A stretch of 64,000 nucleotides of DNA from an uncultured delta proteobacterium. GTDB lineage: Bacteria > Myxococcota_A > Polyangia > Polyangiales > B10-G4. Within the stretch, counting starts at the first letter, position 1; each line of letters begins with the position of its first letter. The notes under the pieces are model-generated. The model searched no databases. It was not told where the DNA came from and saw only the letters and a list, made by a program, of their open reading frames with translations. Shown here piece by piece: positions 1 to 9,812 of this stretch. Location: assembly GCA_963727445.1 (NCBI GenBank), contig CAVSGI010000004.1, forward strand, positions 128,001 to 192,000, written 5' to 3'. A program made the position numbers and the translations under genes.

Positions 1-746
1 CGCCGCGTCAGTGCGTAGCGCAGGCTGCCGAGCGGCTCGAGCGCTCCGGGAACGGCCTCCAGACGGAGCACCAGGGGAGGGCGATGCGTTTCGGCGAGCG
101 CATCGACGAACTCCTTGAGCCCAGCGCCGATCGGTCCGCGGAGGATGAGCCTGTGAGAGCCACCCTGCGCGGCCAGCTCGGTCACCCGCGACAGGCCCGG
201 AGCGACCGTGGTGGGGATGGGCGGCGAGCCCAGGAGCTCGATGGCCGCGCCGCAGTCGTCGCGCCGCGGGAACTCGCGATCGAGGCTCTGACCCTTGAGC
301 CCTCCGACGCCGGTGCCCACGCTCCGCGCGAAGAGGTAACGGTTTGCGGCGAGCTCGTGGGCGGCGGAGTCGAAGACCAGCTCGCCCGCTCGCGCCCGGT
401 TCGCGAGGAGCTGCGCTCGGTCCAGCGCCGGCCCGTTCTCGACCGCGCCGTCGAGCGTCTCGGTCTGGACGATCTCACCGAGGGCGACGCCGAAGGAGAT
501 CTTCAGCGGCGGTTCGAGCTCTTCCGCTTCACCGACCAGGCCCAGCGCAGCGTCGATGGACTCCGCGAAGTCCAGGGGGTCCACGACGACCACCACCGTG
601 GAGCCCAGCAGGGTGACCACATGACCGTGAGCCGCCTCGAGCTCACCTGCCACGCGTTGCCCCCAGGAGGCGTGGAGCTCCACGTCCTCGAGGTCGTCGC
701 GCGGCGCCGGGACCCGGCGATGCCACAAGACGAGGCGTTCGGACAT
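1..746 (-). CDS. Partial CDS (runs off left edge): degenerate class III nucleotidyl cyclase-like domain followed by start of an AAA/STAND-like ATPase domain
   Basis: Not in the ORF track; translated by hand from ATG at 746 (MSERLVLWHRR...), open to position 1. KISFGVALGEIV...GPALDRAQLLANRARAGELVFD resembles the cyclase GIHxGxV...GxxVNxAxRLxxxAxxGxIxxS pattern. RLILRGPIGAGLKEF resembles a degenerate Walker A. Confidence 0.6.
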   Translation of the reverse strand, partial: MSERLVLWHRRVPAPRDDLEDVELHASWGQRVAGELEAAHGHVVTLLGSTVVVVVDPLDFAESIDAALGLVGEAEELEPPLKISFGVALGEIVQTETLDGAVENGPALDRAQLLANRARAGELVFDSAAHELAANRYLFARSVGTGVGGLKGQSLDREFPRRDDCGAAIELLGSPPIPTTVAPGLSRVTELAAQGGSHRLILRGPIGAGLKEFVDALAETHRPPLVLRLEAVPGALEPLGSLRYALTR

Positions 747-767
747 GCGCGCTAGTGCCTCACTCGG

Positions 768-1449
768 CTATCCGTCGAGCTTGGCTTTGAGCGCGGCGAG
801 CTCGTCTTCGACGGCTCCGCCCGTCGACGATTTCTCGAGCGCCCGGAACTTGGCGTCGACCTCGGCGCGCTTGGGATCGTCGAGCACGTTCGAGACCTCG
901 ACCTCGGCCTCGAGCTGATCGATGCGCCCGGTCATGCGGTCGAGCTCGTCGAGCGCCTCGCTCTGGAAGCGCCCACCGCCGCCGCCGGCCTCGGTGCTCG
1001 GCGCCTCGCGCGCCCGCTTCACCTGCGCGGCGAGGGTGCCCTTCTTGTTCTTGAGCTCCTCGATCTTCCGCTCGATGCGGTCGAGCGTGGACTTCATCTC
1101 GTCCGCGGCGTTCTCGGCGGAGATGGCCTGGTCCTTTGCGTCGTCCGCCTGCTGCCGCGCGCGGGCCTTGCGCCTCAGCGCCTCGCGGGCGAGCTCGTCG
1201 TCACCGGCGCGCACCGCGAGGGTCGCCTTGCGCTCCCACTCGGAGGCTTCCTCCTCGTGCTCCTTGGCCTTCTTGACCAGTCGCTTGGCGGTCCCGAGGG
1301 TGCCGACCAGAATCCTTCTTGGCCCGCTTCACCTCGGACTCCATGTCCATGATGGTCTGCCCGATGAGCTTCTCCGGGTCCTCGGCCTTGTCGACCAACG
1401 AATTGAGGTTGGACTTGATGACCCGGTTCATGCGGCTGAAGATGCCCAT
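768..1449 (-). CDS. pspA: PspA/IM30 family phage shock protein, about 226 aa after correcting a +1 frameshift at ~1311
   Basis: N-terminus MGIFSRMNRVIKSNLNSLVDKAEDPEKLIGQTIMDME and C-terminal coiled coil (GDDELAREAL...VEDELAALKAKL) are in two frames; removing one base at 1311/1312 joins them. Confidence 0.9.
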
Positions 1450-1520
1450 CGCTCACCCTTTCGCGGAGCCGAAATGCTTTCACGTGCTCTGTCGCTTTGT
1501 AAAGGCCGCCCCCGCGGCGC

Positions 1521-2267
1521 TCATTCCACGAAAGTCACCCGGCCGAAGCGATCGGGGACGTGGAAATCGCCGACGAGGGGCGCCGACCATCCCACGCCGC
1601 GCTGACCTTCGGGTCGCGCGTCGAGGACGTAGAGGGCGATCCGCCAGGTGTCGCCCGGGGCGGGGGGCGGGGCCGGATCGCTGCCGGCGGCGAAGGACGA
1701 AAAGGGGATGCGCATCTCCACGGTGTAGCCCTCGTCCGGCGTCTCGTCGTTGACCGTCCCCCGCAGGTCTATGGCCGCTTCCAGATCGCTCTCCCAGCTC
1801 GGATAGCCGAAGGGCGCCGGCTGGCGGACGGTGTCGAAGCGAGTGTCGAAGTCGAGACCGGTCGGGCTGACCTGAAGCTCGAAGTAGCCCTGCCCATCGC
1901 CGTCCGGGTCCACCATGAGCTCCACCGCGTCCTGCTCCCACAGGTGTGGGTCTCGGGTCTGGGGGTCGAACGTGGACTTCAGATAGTCGTCCTCCACTTC
2001 GAAGGCGACCCACAGCGCTTCGTCGTCCCAGAGCATCCGGGCGGAGACCCTCGGCTCGCCGGGCATCCCGTCCATCGTCCGGACGAAGCGCACGGTGGAT
2101 TGGGCGTGCGTCCAATCGGCCTCGTCGAGGCGTCCATCGAGGACGATGTCGCCGGTCCGGCGCTTCGCATCGAGGTCGGGGAGGGTGGTCCGGGGCGGGG
2201 GCCCGCAGCTGTCGCACCCGAGGAGCGGGACGAGGAGCAGGGCGAGGAAGGCTCGGCGGTCGAGCAT
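1521..2267 (-). CDS. CBM9-like (DOMON-like) sugar-binding protein, predicted Tat-exported lipoprotein
   Basis: IVLDGRLDEADW, MLWDDEALWVAFEVED, LWEQDAVELMVDPDG, YFELQVSP and YTVEMRIPF motifs; DRRAFL twin-arginine-like signal and LLGC lipobox. Confidence 0.75.
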   Translation of the reverse strand: MLDRRAFLALLLVPLLGCDSCGPPPRTTLPDLDAKRRTGDIVLDGRLDEADWTHAQSTVRFVRTMDGMPGEPRVSARMLWDDEALWVAFEVEDDYLKSTFDPQTRDPHLWEQDAVELMVDPDGDGQGYFELQVSPTGLDFDTRFDTVRQPAPFGYPSWESDLEAAIDLRGTVNDETPDEGYTVEMRIPFSSFAAGSDPAPPPAPGDTWRIALYVLDARPEGQRGVGWSAPLVGDFHVPDRFGRVTFVE

Positions 2268-2320
2268 GGGAGCGGAGCATACGCCCATTCGGGGGGACGC
2301 CGGTGTATGGTCCGTGCCCC

Positions 2321-3271
2321 ATGCTGAAGGACGCGACCCTCCTCATCACCGGCGGGGCCGGATTCATCGGGACCGCCCTCACGCGCCGCCTCGCGGATCA
2401 CAACCGCATTCGCATCTTCGACAACCTGCGCCGCAACGCCCTGTCGAAGGCCGGGCTCGACGCGCACCCGAACGTCGAGGTGACGGTGGGCGACGTCCGC
2501 GACGCGGCGGCGGTGGAGAAGGCCTGTCAGGGAGCCGACTACGTCGTGCACATGGCGTCCATCGCGGGCGTGGACACGGTGCTGAAGAACCCGGTGCTCA
2601 CGATGGAGGTCTCCATCGAGGGGACCATGAACGTGCTCCGTTCCTCCCTCGCCGCGGGCGGGGTGAAGCGGCTCATCGACTTTTCGACAAGCGAGGTCTT
2701 CGGGAGCTACGCCTTCCGCGTGCGCGAGGCGGACGTCACCAGCCTGGGTGCCGTCGGCGAGGCGCGCTGGACCTACGCCGTTTCGAAGCTCGCCACCGAG
2801 CATCTCGCCCACAACTACTTCAAGCAGCACGGGCTTCCGACCTGCTCGATCCGGCCGTTCAACATCTACGGGCCGGGTCAGGTGGGCGAGGGCGCCATCC
2901 ACGCTTTCGTCACCCGCTGCCTCGCCAACGAGCCGGTCCGCATCCACAACGAGGGCGATCAGATCCGGTCGTGGTGCTACATCGACGACATCGTCGATGG
3001 GGTGCTCCTCTGCCTGACCCGAGACGAGGCGGTCGGCCACGCCTTCAACATCGGCAACCCGCGCAGCACCGTCACCATCTACCAGCTGGCGCGCCTGGTG
3101 AAGCGCATCTCGGGCTCCGCGTCCGAAATCGAGTTCGTCGATTGGGACTTTCCGGACGTCGAGCTTCGCATCCCGGACGTCAAGAAGGCCGAACGCCTCC
3201 TCGGCTTTCGGGCGCAGGTCGACCTGGAGGACGGAATCGCCCGTACTCTGGACTGGTATCGCGACGCTTGA
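2321..3271 (+). CDS. NAD-dependent epimerase/dehydratase (extended SDR; UDP-glucuronate decarboxylase/UDP-glucose 4-epimerase-like)
   Basis: ITGGAGFIG Rossmann motif, STSEVFG, YAVSK catalytic YxxxK, RPFNIYGPGQ, RSWCYIDD. Confidence 0.92.
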   Translation: MLKDATLLITGGAGFIGTALTRRLADHNRIRIFDNLRRNALSKAGLDAHPNVEVTVGDVRDAAAVEKACQGADYVVHMASIAGVDTVLKNPVLTMEVSIEGTMNVLRSSLAAGGVKRLIDFSTSEVFGSYAFRVREADVTSLGAVGEARWTYAVSKLATEHLAHNYFKQHGLPTCSIRPFNIYGPGQVGEGAIHAFVTRCLANEPVRIHNEGDQIRSWCYIDDIVDGVLLCLTRDEAVGHAFNIGNPRSTVTIYQLARLVKRISGSASEIEFVDWDFPDVELRIPDVKKAERLLGFRAQVDLEDGIARTLDWYRDA

Positions 3272-3283
3272 CCTTCTCGTCAC

Positions 3284-4456
3284 GTGCCTGAAACCCTTCT
3301 GCAAGTGGGCGACGAGACTCGGATCTTCGATCTGGCCGAGGTACGGGCGGACGGTTGGTTCGAACGCCTCTCGTCCCAGAACGAGGCCTTCGAGCAGCTC
3401 TGCGAGATCGTAGGCGACCGCTTCGTCGCCTTCTCCATCATCGCGGGCGTGCGCATCACCGCGCTCTCGGTCGATCAACGGGTGCCGGATGCCTCCCTGG
3501 TGGACTTCGTCCTCGGCGAGTCCGGGCAGGAGCAGCGCCTGAGCCTCGGCGAGTTCCGGCGGCGGTTGGTCGCCGCCATCCTCTCCCAGGATCCGCCGCC
3601 GGCCGAGGAGCTGCCGGAGGAGCTCGACGCCGACGGGCTCCAGGAGCTGATCGGATTCCGGTACGTGCTGTTGGCGCCGCTCTTCGGTGTGGAGCTGATG
3701 GAGCTTCATCTCGAGGCGGGGGGCACGGCGAAGGTGCTCTGCAAGGTCGGCGATGACGATGAGCTGGTCGCGCTTCCGACCCTGCGACAAGCGCTGCGCG
3801 AGCGCGTCCGCGCGGAGGTCGACCGCTCGTCGACGGGCTCGCCCTTCTCGATCGATCTCGCGGTGATCCCCGAGGTGGAAGACGCGGCGGCGCGCGGTGA
3901 TCACGAACGGGTGGTCGAGCTCCTGGGCGCCTGGCCTGGCCCCTTGTCGCTCCTGCTCCGCACCGCGGAAGGCCAGCGCCTCACGATGGAGGTACGCGGC
4001 ACGCTCGCCCGAAGCCTGGGCCTGCTCGGGACCGCGTACTCGGAAACGGGACGCAGCGAGTGGGCGGGCGAGGTGCTGCGCCTCGGCATCCAGTGGGCGC
4101 AGGACGGGCCGGTGGCCGGTGACCTCTTCGCGCGCATGGGGCGCGCGGCGGTCGTCGGTGGCCGACATGGTCAGGCGATCGGTCTGTTGCGTCGCGCGCT
4201 CAGCCTCGGGGTCGACCCGCGCATGGTCGTTCCCTATCTCGCCCAGAGCTACGCGGCCCGCGACAAGTACGTCGCGGCCATGATCTGCGCCGAGGAGTCG
4301 GTGGCCCTCGGTGCGGCGGACGCCAAGACCGAGGCCATCATGGAGGCGGCGACGAAGCGTCTCGGCGAGGCCTGGGCTCGATTCCGCGAGCGCGTGCCGG
4401 CGCCCACCAAGGACTCGGAGACCATCCCGGCGCCGCCGCCCACGGAGGACGTTTGA
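3284..4456 (+). CDS. Hypothetical protein with C-terminal TPR-like helices
   Basis: 390-aa ORF with natural composition, 12 bp after the epimerase stop; alpha-helical TPR-like C-terminal half (GQAIGLLRRALSLG). Confidence 0.7.
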   Translation: MPETLLQVGDETRIFDLAEVRADGWFERLSSQNEAFEQLCEIVGDRFVAFSIIAGVRITALSVDQRVPDASLVDFVLGESGQEQRLSLGEFRRRLVAAILSQDPPPAEELPEELDADGLQELIGFRYVLLAPLFGVELMELHLEAGGTAKVLCKVGDDDELVALPTLRQALRERVRAEVDRSSTGSPFSIDLAVIPEVEDAAARGDHERVVELLGAWPGPLSLLLRTAEGQRLTMEVRGTLARSLGLLGTAYSETGRSEWAGEVLRLGIQWAQDGPVAGDLFARMGRAAVVGGRHGQAIGLLRRALSLGVDPRMVVPYLAQSYAARDKYVAAMICAEESVALGAADAKTEAIMEAATKRLGEAWARFRERVPAPTKDSETIPAPPPTEDV

Positions 4457-6783
4457 GCCCCGAGGCTGGCGACGAGAGCCCGGCGGAAGTCGGTGCTTCG
4501 AAGTCGTCGACGCGCGACGGCGACGGGCCACGCTTCAATCTCCGCTTCGAGGCGGGGCGGGGCTTTCTGCGTCTGTCTCGTCCCCTCGACGCTGGAGCGG
4601 GTCGCGCGGTCGCGCTCGACCTCGGCCTCGGTCACGTGCGTTTCCCCGTCGACGTGACCGGTGGCGCGTCGGTCTTTCGTCATCGGCGGACGAAGGTCCG
4701 CTCCGCCACCTTCCGAGTCGACATGGCCGACCTCGGGCGCGCCGCGCGGGCCCGCGGCGTCGGCCTCAGCATCGGCGACGCACCCGATGCCGTGGCCATC
4801 GGTTTGTCCGACGAGTTCGGGGCGGTGGGCCTGGACGTGGTTCCGCTGGTGCGAGGCCGCGACCTCTGCTTCTTCGTCCGCTCGCATCGCGCGGTGGACG
4901 ACGGCCCGGCCAATCCTTTTCGGCGGATCGTGCAGGCGGCGGCGGCGCTGGGCGTGGTCTTCGACCCCGACTCCGGCCTCTTCCGGCTGGAGCGACCGGC
5001 GCGCGCTCTGCTCGCGCGCGCGCTCGTGACGCGCGGCTATCGCCTCCCCGACGATCGCGGGGTGGAGCTCTCGGTCGTCTCGCGCGACGACGGCGTCTTC
5101 ACCCTCGAGCTCGGCCGCGCGCAGAGCTCCGCCGACGCGATCATCGAGGCCGCGGAGGCCGCGCGCATCGCCGCTCCCATCCTCCGTTGCCTGGCCGAGG
5201 ACGCGGTGGAAGACGCAGCCGACGAAGCGCTCGCGCTGGTGCGCCGGCTCGAAGAGCGGCGGTCGGTCGAGCCGTGGCTCGCCGCCCTGGCCCTCGAGGT
5301 CGCGCTCATGGTCGACGCCGAGCGCCCCGGTGCGGAAGCCGAGGTCCTCGCGACGCTGCGCGAGCGCGACGACGCCTTCTCAGCCGCTACCGCCGTCCGT
5401 CTCGCCCTTCGCCTGGACGATCGCGAAGCGGCCGCCGCGGCTCTGAAACGGATGATCCGCCTCGAGCCCCTCTCGGAGCTCGCCGCGGAGGGGCTCGCGC
5501 TCGTCTCCACCGAGCTCTCCGTGACCGACCCGAAGGCCGCGCTCTTGCTTGTGAGCCGTGCCGCCGCGCGCCGGCCGAACGATCCCCGCCTGGCGATCCA
5601 GCGGGTGGAGCTCGCGCGCCGGAGCGGCGACGTCGACGAGATCGAGAAGGCGGCCAAGAAGGCGCTCGGCGCGCCCCTGTCCTCGCGCGACCGGGCGCGG
5701 GTGGCGAGCGCGGCGGCGCAGGCCCTCGAGCGCCTCGACCACCGCGGCGACGCCGAGCGCCTCTATCGCGAGGCGCTCTTCGCTTCCCCCGATGATCCCT
5801 CCGCGCTCGAAGGTCTCGCGGGGCTCTTCGCGGCCCGCGGCGAACGCTCGGCCGCCGTGCTTCGCCTCGATCGCGCCGCCGCTGCGCATGCGGCCGCTGG
5901 CGATGGCCACGCGGCGGCTTCTGCGCTCCGGCGCGCCGCCGAGCTCCTCGGCCGCTCCGGCCGCGCCTCGGCCGCCGAGGAGCGTCTGGTTCGCGCCCTC
6001 GAGCACCACGACGATGATCCGGGGCTCTGCTGCTCCCTCGCCCACGTCCGCGCCGCGGTCGGTGACATCAGCGGTGCCTGCGCTGCGTACGACCGACTCC
6101 TCGCGCTCGAAGGTCGCGGGGGGGCGGGCGCCGTCCATGCTCTGGTCGAGGCGGCCTGCTTCTACTTCGACGACGCGGAAGACACCGAGGGCGCGCGCGC
6201 CTTCGTGGACATGCTCGCGCGCAAGGCGCCGAACGACTCGCGCCTCGGACCACTCCAACACCGTCTCGAGCGAGGGGATCGCACGGTCCCCGGCAGCGTG
6301 CCGGCGGCCGCGCGGCGCCGCACCGAATCGCTGCAGGACGAGGACGAGGTGGACGTGACCGAGGGCAACGTCGACGAGCTCGCCAACACGGAGCTCGTCG
6401 ACCTCGACGACGTCGAGGCCACCGTCGCGGGCGACGTGACCGATCCCGGAGGCGTCCCCACGGACCCCGATGCGCTCTCCACGCTCGAGGCGCGCACCGA
6501 GGAACCGGTGCAGCGGGCCGAGCTCGCCCGCGCCCTGTCCAACGCGCTTCGTCAGCGAGGCGAGGACGCCGAAGCGGCCCGCGCGCTCGCGCGGGCGGGC
6601 GTCTTGGATCGGGACATGTCGACGATCCGCGCGGCCCTCGATCTCGCGGAGAGGGCGGGCGCGAAATCGGCGGTGCGCGACATCGTCGACCGCGCGCTGA
6701 GCATCGTCGGCGAAGGGCCGGCGAAGGAGATGCTGATGCGTCGTCGGCGCGCCGCGGCGGGAGACCAAGAGGAGCAGGACTGA
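4453..6783 (+). CDS. TPR-containing hypothetical protein
   Basis: TTGA overlap with the upstream stop; TPR-like repeats (AERLYREALFASPDDPSALEGLA); beta-rich N-terminal region. Confidence 0.7.
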   Translation: MSPEAGDESPAEVGASKSSTRDGDGPRFNLRFEAGRGFLRLSRPLDAGAGRAVALDLGLGHVRFPVDVTGGASVFRHRRTKVRSATFRVDMADLGRAARARGVGLSIGDAPDAVAIGLSDEFGAVGLDVVPLVRGRDLCFFVRSHRAVDDGPANPFRRIVQAAAALGVVFDPDSGLFRLERPARALLARALVTRGYRLPDDRGVELSVVSRDDGVFTLELGRAQSSADAIIEAAEAARIAAPILRCLAEDAVEDAADEALALVRRLEERRSVEPWLAALALEVALMVDAERPGAEAEVLATLRERDDAFSAATAVRLALRLDDREAAAAALKRMIRLEPLSELAAEGLALVSTELSVTDPKAALLLVSRAAARRPNDPRLAIQRVELARRSGDVDEIEKAAKKALGAPLSSRDRARVASAAAQALERLDHRGDAERLYREALFASPDDPSALEGLAGLFAARGERSAAVLRLDRAAAAHAAAGDGHAAASALRRAAELLGRSGRASAAEERLVRALEHHDDDPGLCCSLAHVRAAVGDISGACAAYDRLLALEGRGGAGAVHALVEAACFYFDDAEDTEGARAFVDMLARKAPNDSRLGPLQHRLERGDRTVPGSVPAAARRRTESLQDEDEVDVTEGNVDELANTELVDLDDVEATVAGDVTDPGGVPTDPDALSTLEARTEEPVQRAELARALSNALRQRGEDAEAARALARAGVLDRDMSTIRAALDLAERAGAKSAVRDIVDRALSIVGEGPAKEMLMRRRRAAAGDQEEQD

Positions 6784-6785
6784 AC

Positions 6786-8336
6786 GTGGGCGGGCGCTGG
6801 CGTTTCGCGCTCACTCTCCTCGTCCTCCCGGTCGGCGCGTGCGGCGCCCGGACGGAGCTGTCCACGGGAGGCGGGGAGTCGCCGCCCGACGCCGCGGTGA
6901 TGGACGCGGCGCTCCGCGACTCTTCCGCTGATTCGCTGGTCGACAGCGCGCCCGACACGCGGCCAAGTCGGGTGGACAGCGCTGTCTCGCCCGATGGCGG
7001 GGTCGTCCCCTGCGCCGCCGATCGCGAATGCGAGACCGGCACCAACTGTCAGGCCGACATCGCCTTTCTGGGAGAGGACCTCGAGCCGGTGCCCCTGATC
7101 TGCGAGCGCTTCTATCCGGGCGCCATGGACGGCGCGCTCTGTGACGAGGCGGCCGACTGCAACCGCGGCCTCTGCGTCGTGGCCGGGAGCTGCGTCGCCC
7201 CCTGCATCGACGACGGCGACTGTGGTGCGAACGAACGATGCACGCGCGTCCTGGCGAGAACCGGTGCGCTCTCGCTTCAGCCCTACGACGGCTGCGTGGC
7301 GATCCACGATGCGCCCGACGACGTGCGGGTCTCGGTCGAGGTTCTGCCGGGTGCGCTCCGCCGGCGCCGGAGCGAGATCTCCCTCGATCGCCTCGACACG
7401 ATGGGACCCACGACGTGGGTGATCGACGCGACCCCCGATCTCGCCATTGCACCCTCGATGCTGGTCGATCCGACGGGCGCGGTGCTCTTCGACGTCGGCG
7501 TCATCGACTTCGATTCCGCCCCGCCCATCAATCCCGTCGTGCCCAGCGCGCATGGGACCTTCACCGTCCTCGTGCCCAACTCCTCCCGCGTCGTCCCACC
7601 CGGGATGCGCTACGTCGTCACGGCGCGCGCCGAGACCACGAGCGACGCGCGCGTGGTGACGTTCGGGGTCGACAATCGTGTGCGCCGCCGCGTCGATCTC
7701 GACCTGTACTACGTCGGAGGCGGCGACCTCCGGCCTTCGGGGAGCCGCGGCCCGCGCCTGGTCGCTCGAGGGCTGAGCGAGGTCGAGCGCCTGCTCGACA
7801 TCGAGATCGTGAACGTGCGGCAGCACGCGGTGGTGGGCGGGACGCGCGCGGCGCTCTCCATCCTCGAAGAGACGTCGGACGAGGAGCTGCCCGAGCTCGG
7901 CGAGCTCCTGCGCCTCTCCGCCGGCGCCGCGCGGCCGTCGGTCGACGTCTTCTTCGTCCGCCGGTCGGGGAGCGCGCTCGGGGTGAGCGGCGGGATCCCC
8001 GGTCCGGGACCGATGCACGGCACGGACGCGTCGGGCATCAGCATCGCCGTGGACCTGCTGCGCCCCTCGGGCCTGAGCCTCGGCCGGGTCCTCGCCCACG
8101 AGCTGGGACATCACCTCGGCCTGTTTCACACCTCCGAGAGGGTCGGGCTGGTCCTCGAGCCCATCGCGGACACCCCGGAGTGCCGCCTCGTGAGCGACGC
8201 GGACGGCGACGGATACCTGAGCGACACCGAATGCAGCGGCTTCGGCGCGGACAACCTGATGTTCTGGTCGGGCGACGGCGAAGCGATTTCGGACGACCAG
8301 CGCGCCGTGATTCACCGCGCCGTTGTCGCCTATTGA
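6786..8336 (+). CDS. Lipoprotein with Cys-rich repeats and C-terminal metzincin zinc metalloprotease domain (M43-like)
   Basis: Lipobox VGAC; HELGHHLGLFHT (HExxHxxGxxH); Met-turn DNLM; Ca-binding-like loop DADGDGYLSDTE. Confidence 0.8.
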   Translation: MGGRWRFALTLLVLPVGACGARTELSTGGGESPPDAAVMDAALRDSSADSLVDSAPDTRPSRVDSAVSPDGGVVPCAADRECETGTNCQADIAFLGEDLEPVPLICERFYPGAMDGALCDEAADCNRGLCVVAGSCVAPCIDDGDCGANERCTRVLARTGALSLQPYDGCVAIHDAPDDVRVSVEVLPGALRRRRSEISLDRLDTMGPTTWVIDATPDLAIAPSMLVDPTGAVLFDVGVIDFDSAPPINPVVPSAHGTFTVLVPNSSRVVPPGMRYVVTARAETTSDARVVTFGVDNRVRRRVDLDLYYVGGGDLRPSGSRGPRLVARGLSEVERLLDIEIVNVRQHAVVGGTRAALSILEETSDEELPELGELLRLSAGAARPSVDVFFVRRSGSALGVSGGIPGPGPMHGTDASGISIAVDLLRPSGLSLGRVLAHELGHHLGLFHTSERVGLVLEPIADTPECRLVSDADGDGYLSDTECSGFGADNLMFWSGDGEAISDDQRAVIHRAVVAY

Positions 8337-8359
8337 GGCGGCTGTGCCATGATCATCCC

Positions 8360-9802
8360 GTGCGCGCCGCTCTCTTGGTGATCCTCGCCCTCATCGGCTG
8401 CGACGACGAGCCGGCATTCGTGCGCTACGAGATCCCGCATCGGCCGAGTGTCGACTGCGCCCCGGTGGAGACCGCCGGTGAGTGCGCGCGTGATCTCGAT
8501 TGCGCGTCGACCATGATCTGCGGGCGCGACCCCTCGGTTGCTCCCACGGATCTCGTCTCCGTCACCCTCGCCTGTCAGTCGCCCGGCCTCGGCGGAGGTC
8601 CTGGGACGGCGTGCACCGACGGCCGCGGGTGTGCTCACGGGCTCTGCGTGGCGGCGGGCAGCTGTGTCGCCCCCTGCGCAGACGCGCGCGATTGCGGCGT
8701 GGGCCAGCGCTGCGCGGCGCTGTGGGTGCGGAGCGCGGAGGAGGCTTTCGAGCGCGCGCGCGGATGCGTCGACGTGGTCACCGCGCCCGCGAACGTCACG
8801 GTGGTGCGGAGCGCGATCGACGCGGTGGAGTGGTCGCGGGGGCGCACGACGCTGCTCTTCGGAGGCGGCGCCCGGCAGGTGGTGATCGTCCCCTCCTGCG
8901 GCGCCGAAGCCCTCGCCACCTCACTCGCCACCCGCGCCAATCCGCCGGCCCTCCGCTTCGATTACGGGACCGCGACCGCCGGCGCGTCGCAGCGCACCTG
9001 GATCGAGGAGAGCGCGAGCCCCATCGGTCTGCTCGTGCCCAACGGCGGCGCCCCCGCGCCGGCGGAGGGGCTGACGCTCGAGCTACAGACCGAAGGCGAG
9101 GGAGGGGCGGAGGTGATCGAGCTGTCGCGTACCACGCCGGGCACCAACGTCGACGTCGATCTCTTCTACGTCGGCGGTGGCGGCTGGGCGCCCGAGGGAA
9201 CGCGCGGGCCGCGAGAGGTGGCCGCGGCGATCGACTACCTCGATTCGCGCCTCGCCGAGATGGGGCTCGCGGTCGGCGAGGTGCGCCAGCACGCGATCAC
9301 CGGCGGCCTTCGCGCCCGTTTCGCCGTGCTCTCGACCGGCCTGCGCCCATCCGAAGAGGACGAGCGGGGGGCGCTCTTCGCGCTCTCTGCCGGCGCGCGT
9401 GGCCCCTCGCTTCCCATCTTCCTCGTCCGCACGGTGGTCGGCGCGCTCGGACGCAGCGGCGGGGTGCCCGGTCCCGCGGGCGTTCACGGAACGACCGGAT
9501 CGGGGATCGTGCTCGGGCCCGATCTCGTCAGCTCGAACTCGACCTTCCAGCGCGCCCTCGCGCACGAGTCGCTCCACTATCTCGGGCTCTTCCACACCAC
9601 GGAAGCGACCGGCGTCGTCAAGGACACGATCGACGACACGCCGGTGTGTCCCCTCGAACGCGACACCGACGGCGACGGGATCCTCAGCGCCGAAGAATGC
9701 GCGGGCGCGGGCGGCGACAACCTGATGTTCTGGGCCCTCGAAGGCGAAGCGCTGAGCGCGGGTCAGGCCGCCGTCGTCGGCGCCGGCTACGTGGGGCTCT
9801 AG
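8360..9802 (+). CDS. Paralogous lipoprotein metzincin metalloprotease (M43-like)
   Basis: GTG start, lipobox LIGC; HESLHYLGLFHT; DNLM; DTDGDGILSAEE; same domain layout as the upstream gene. Confidence 0.8.
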   Translation: MRAALLVILALIGCDDEPAFVRYEIPHRPSVDCAPVETAGECARDLDCASTMICGRDPSVAPTDLVSVTLACQSPGLGGGPGTACTDGRGCAHGLCVAAGSCVAPCADARDCGVGQRCAALWVRSAEEAFERARGCVDVVTAPANVTVVRSAIDAVEWSRGRTTLLFGGGARQVVIVPSCGAEALATSLATRANPPALRFDYGTATAGASQRTWIEESASPIGLLVPNGGAPAPAEGLTLELQTEGEGGAEVIELSRTTPGTNVDVDLFYVGGGGWAPEGTRGPREVAAAIDYLDSRLAEMGLAVGEVRQHAITGGLRARFAVLSTGLRPSEEDERGALFALSAGARGPSLPIFLVRTVVGALGRSGGVPGPAGVHGTTGSGIVLGPDLVSSNSTFQRALAHESLHYLGLFHTTEATGVVKDTIDDTPVCPLERDTDGDGILSAEECAGAGGDNLMFWALEGEALSAGQAAVVGAGYVGL

Positions 9803-9812
9803 GTCCATGGGT

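Noticed and set aside
84..755. 223-aa plus-strand ORF
   Set aside because: Antisense shadow of the minus-strand gene starting at 746, which has better codon pattern and motifs.
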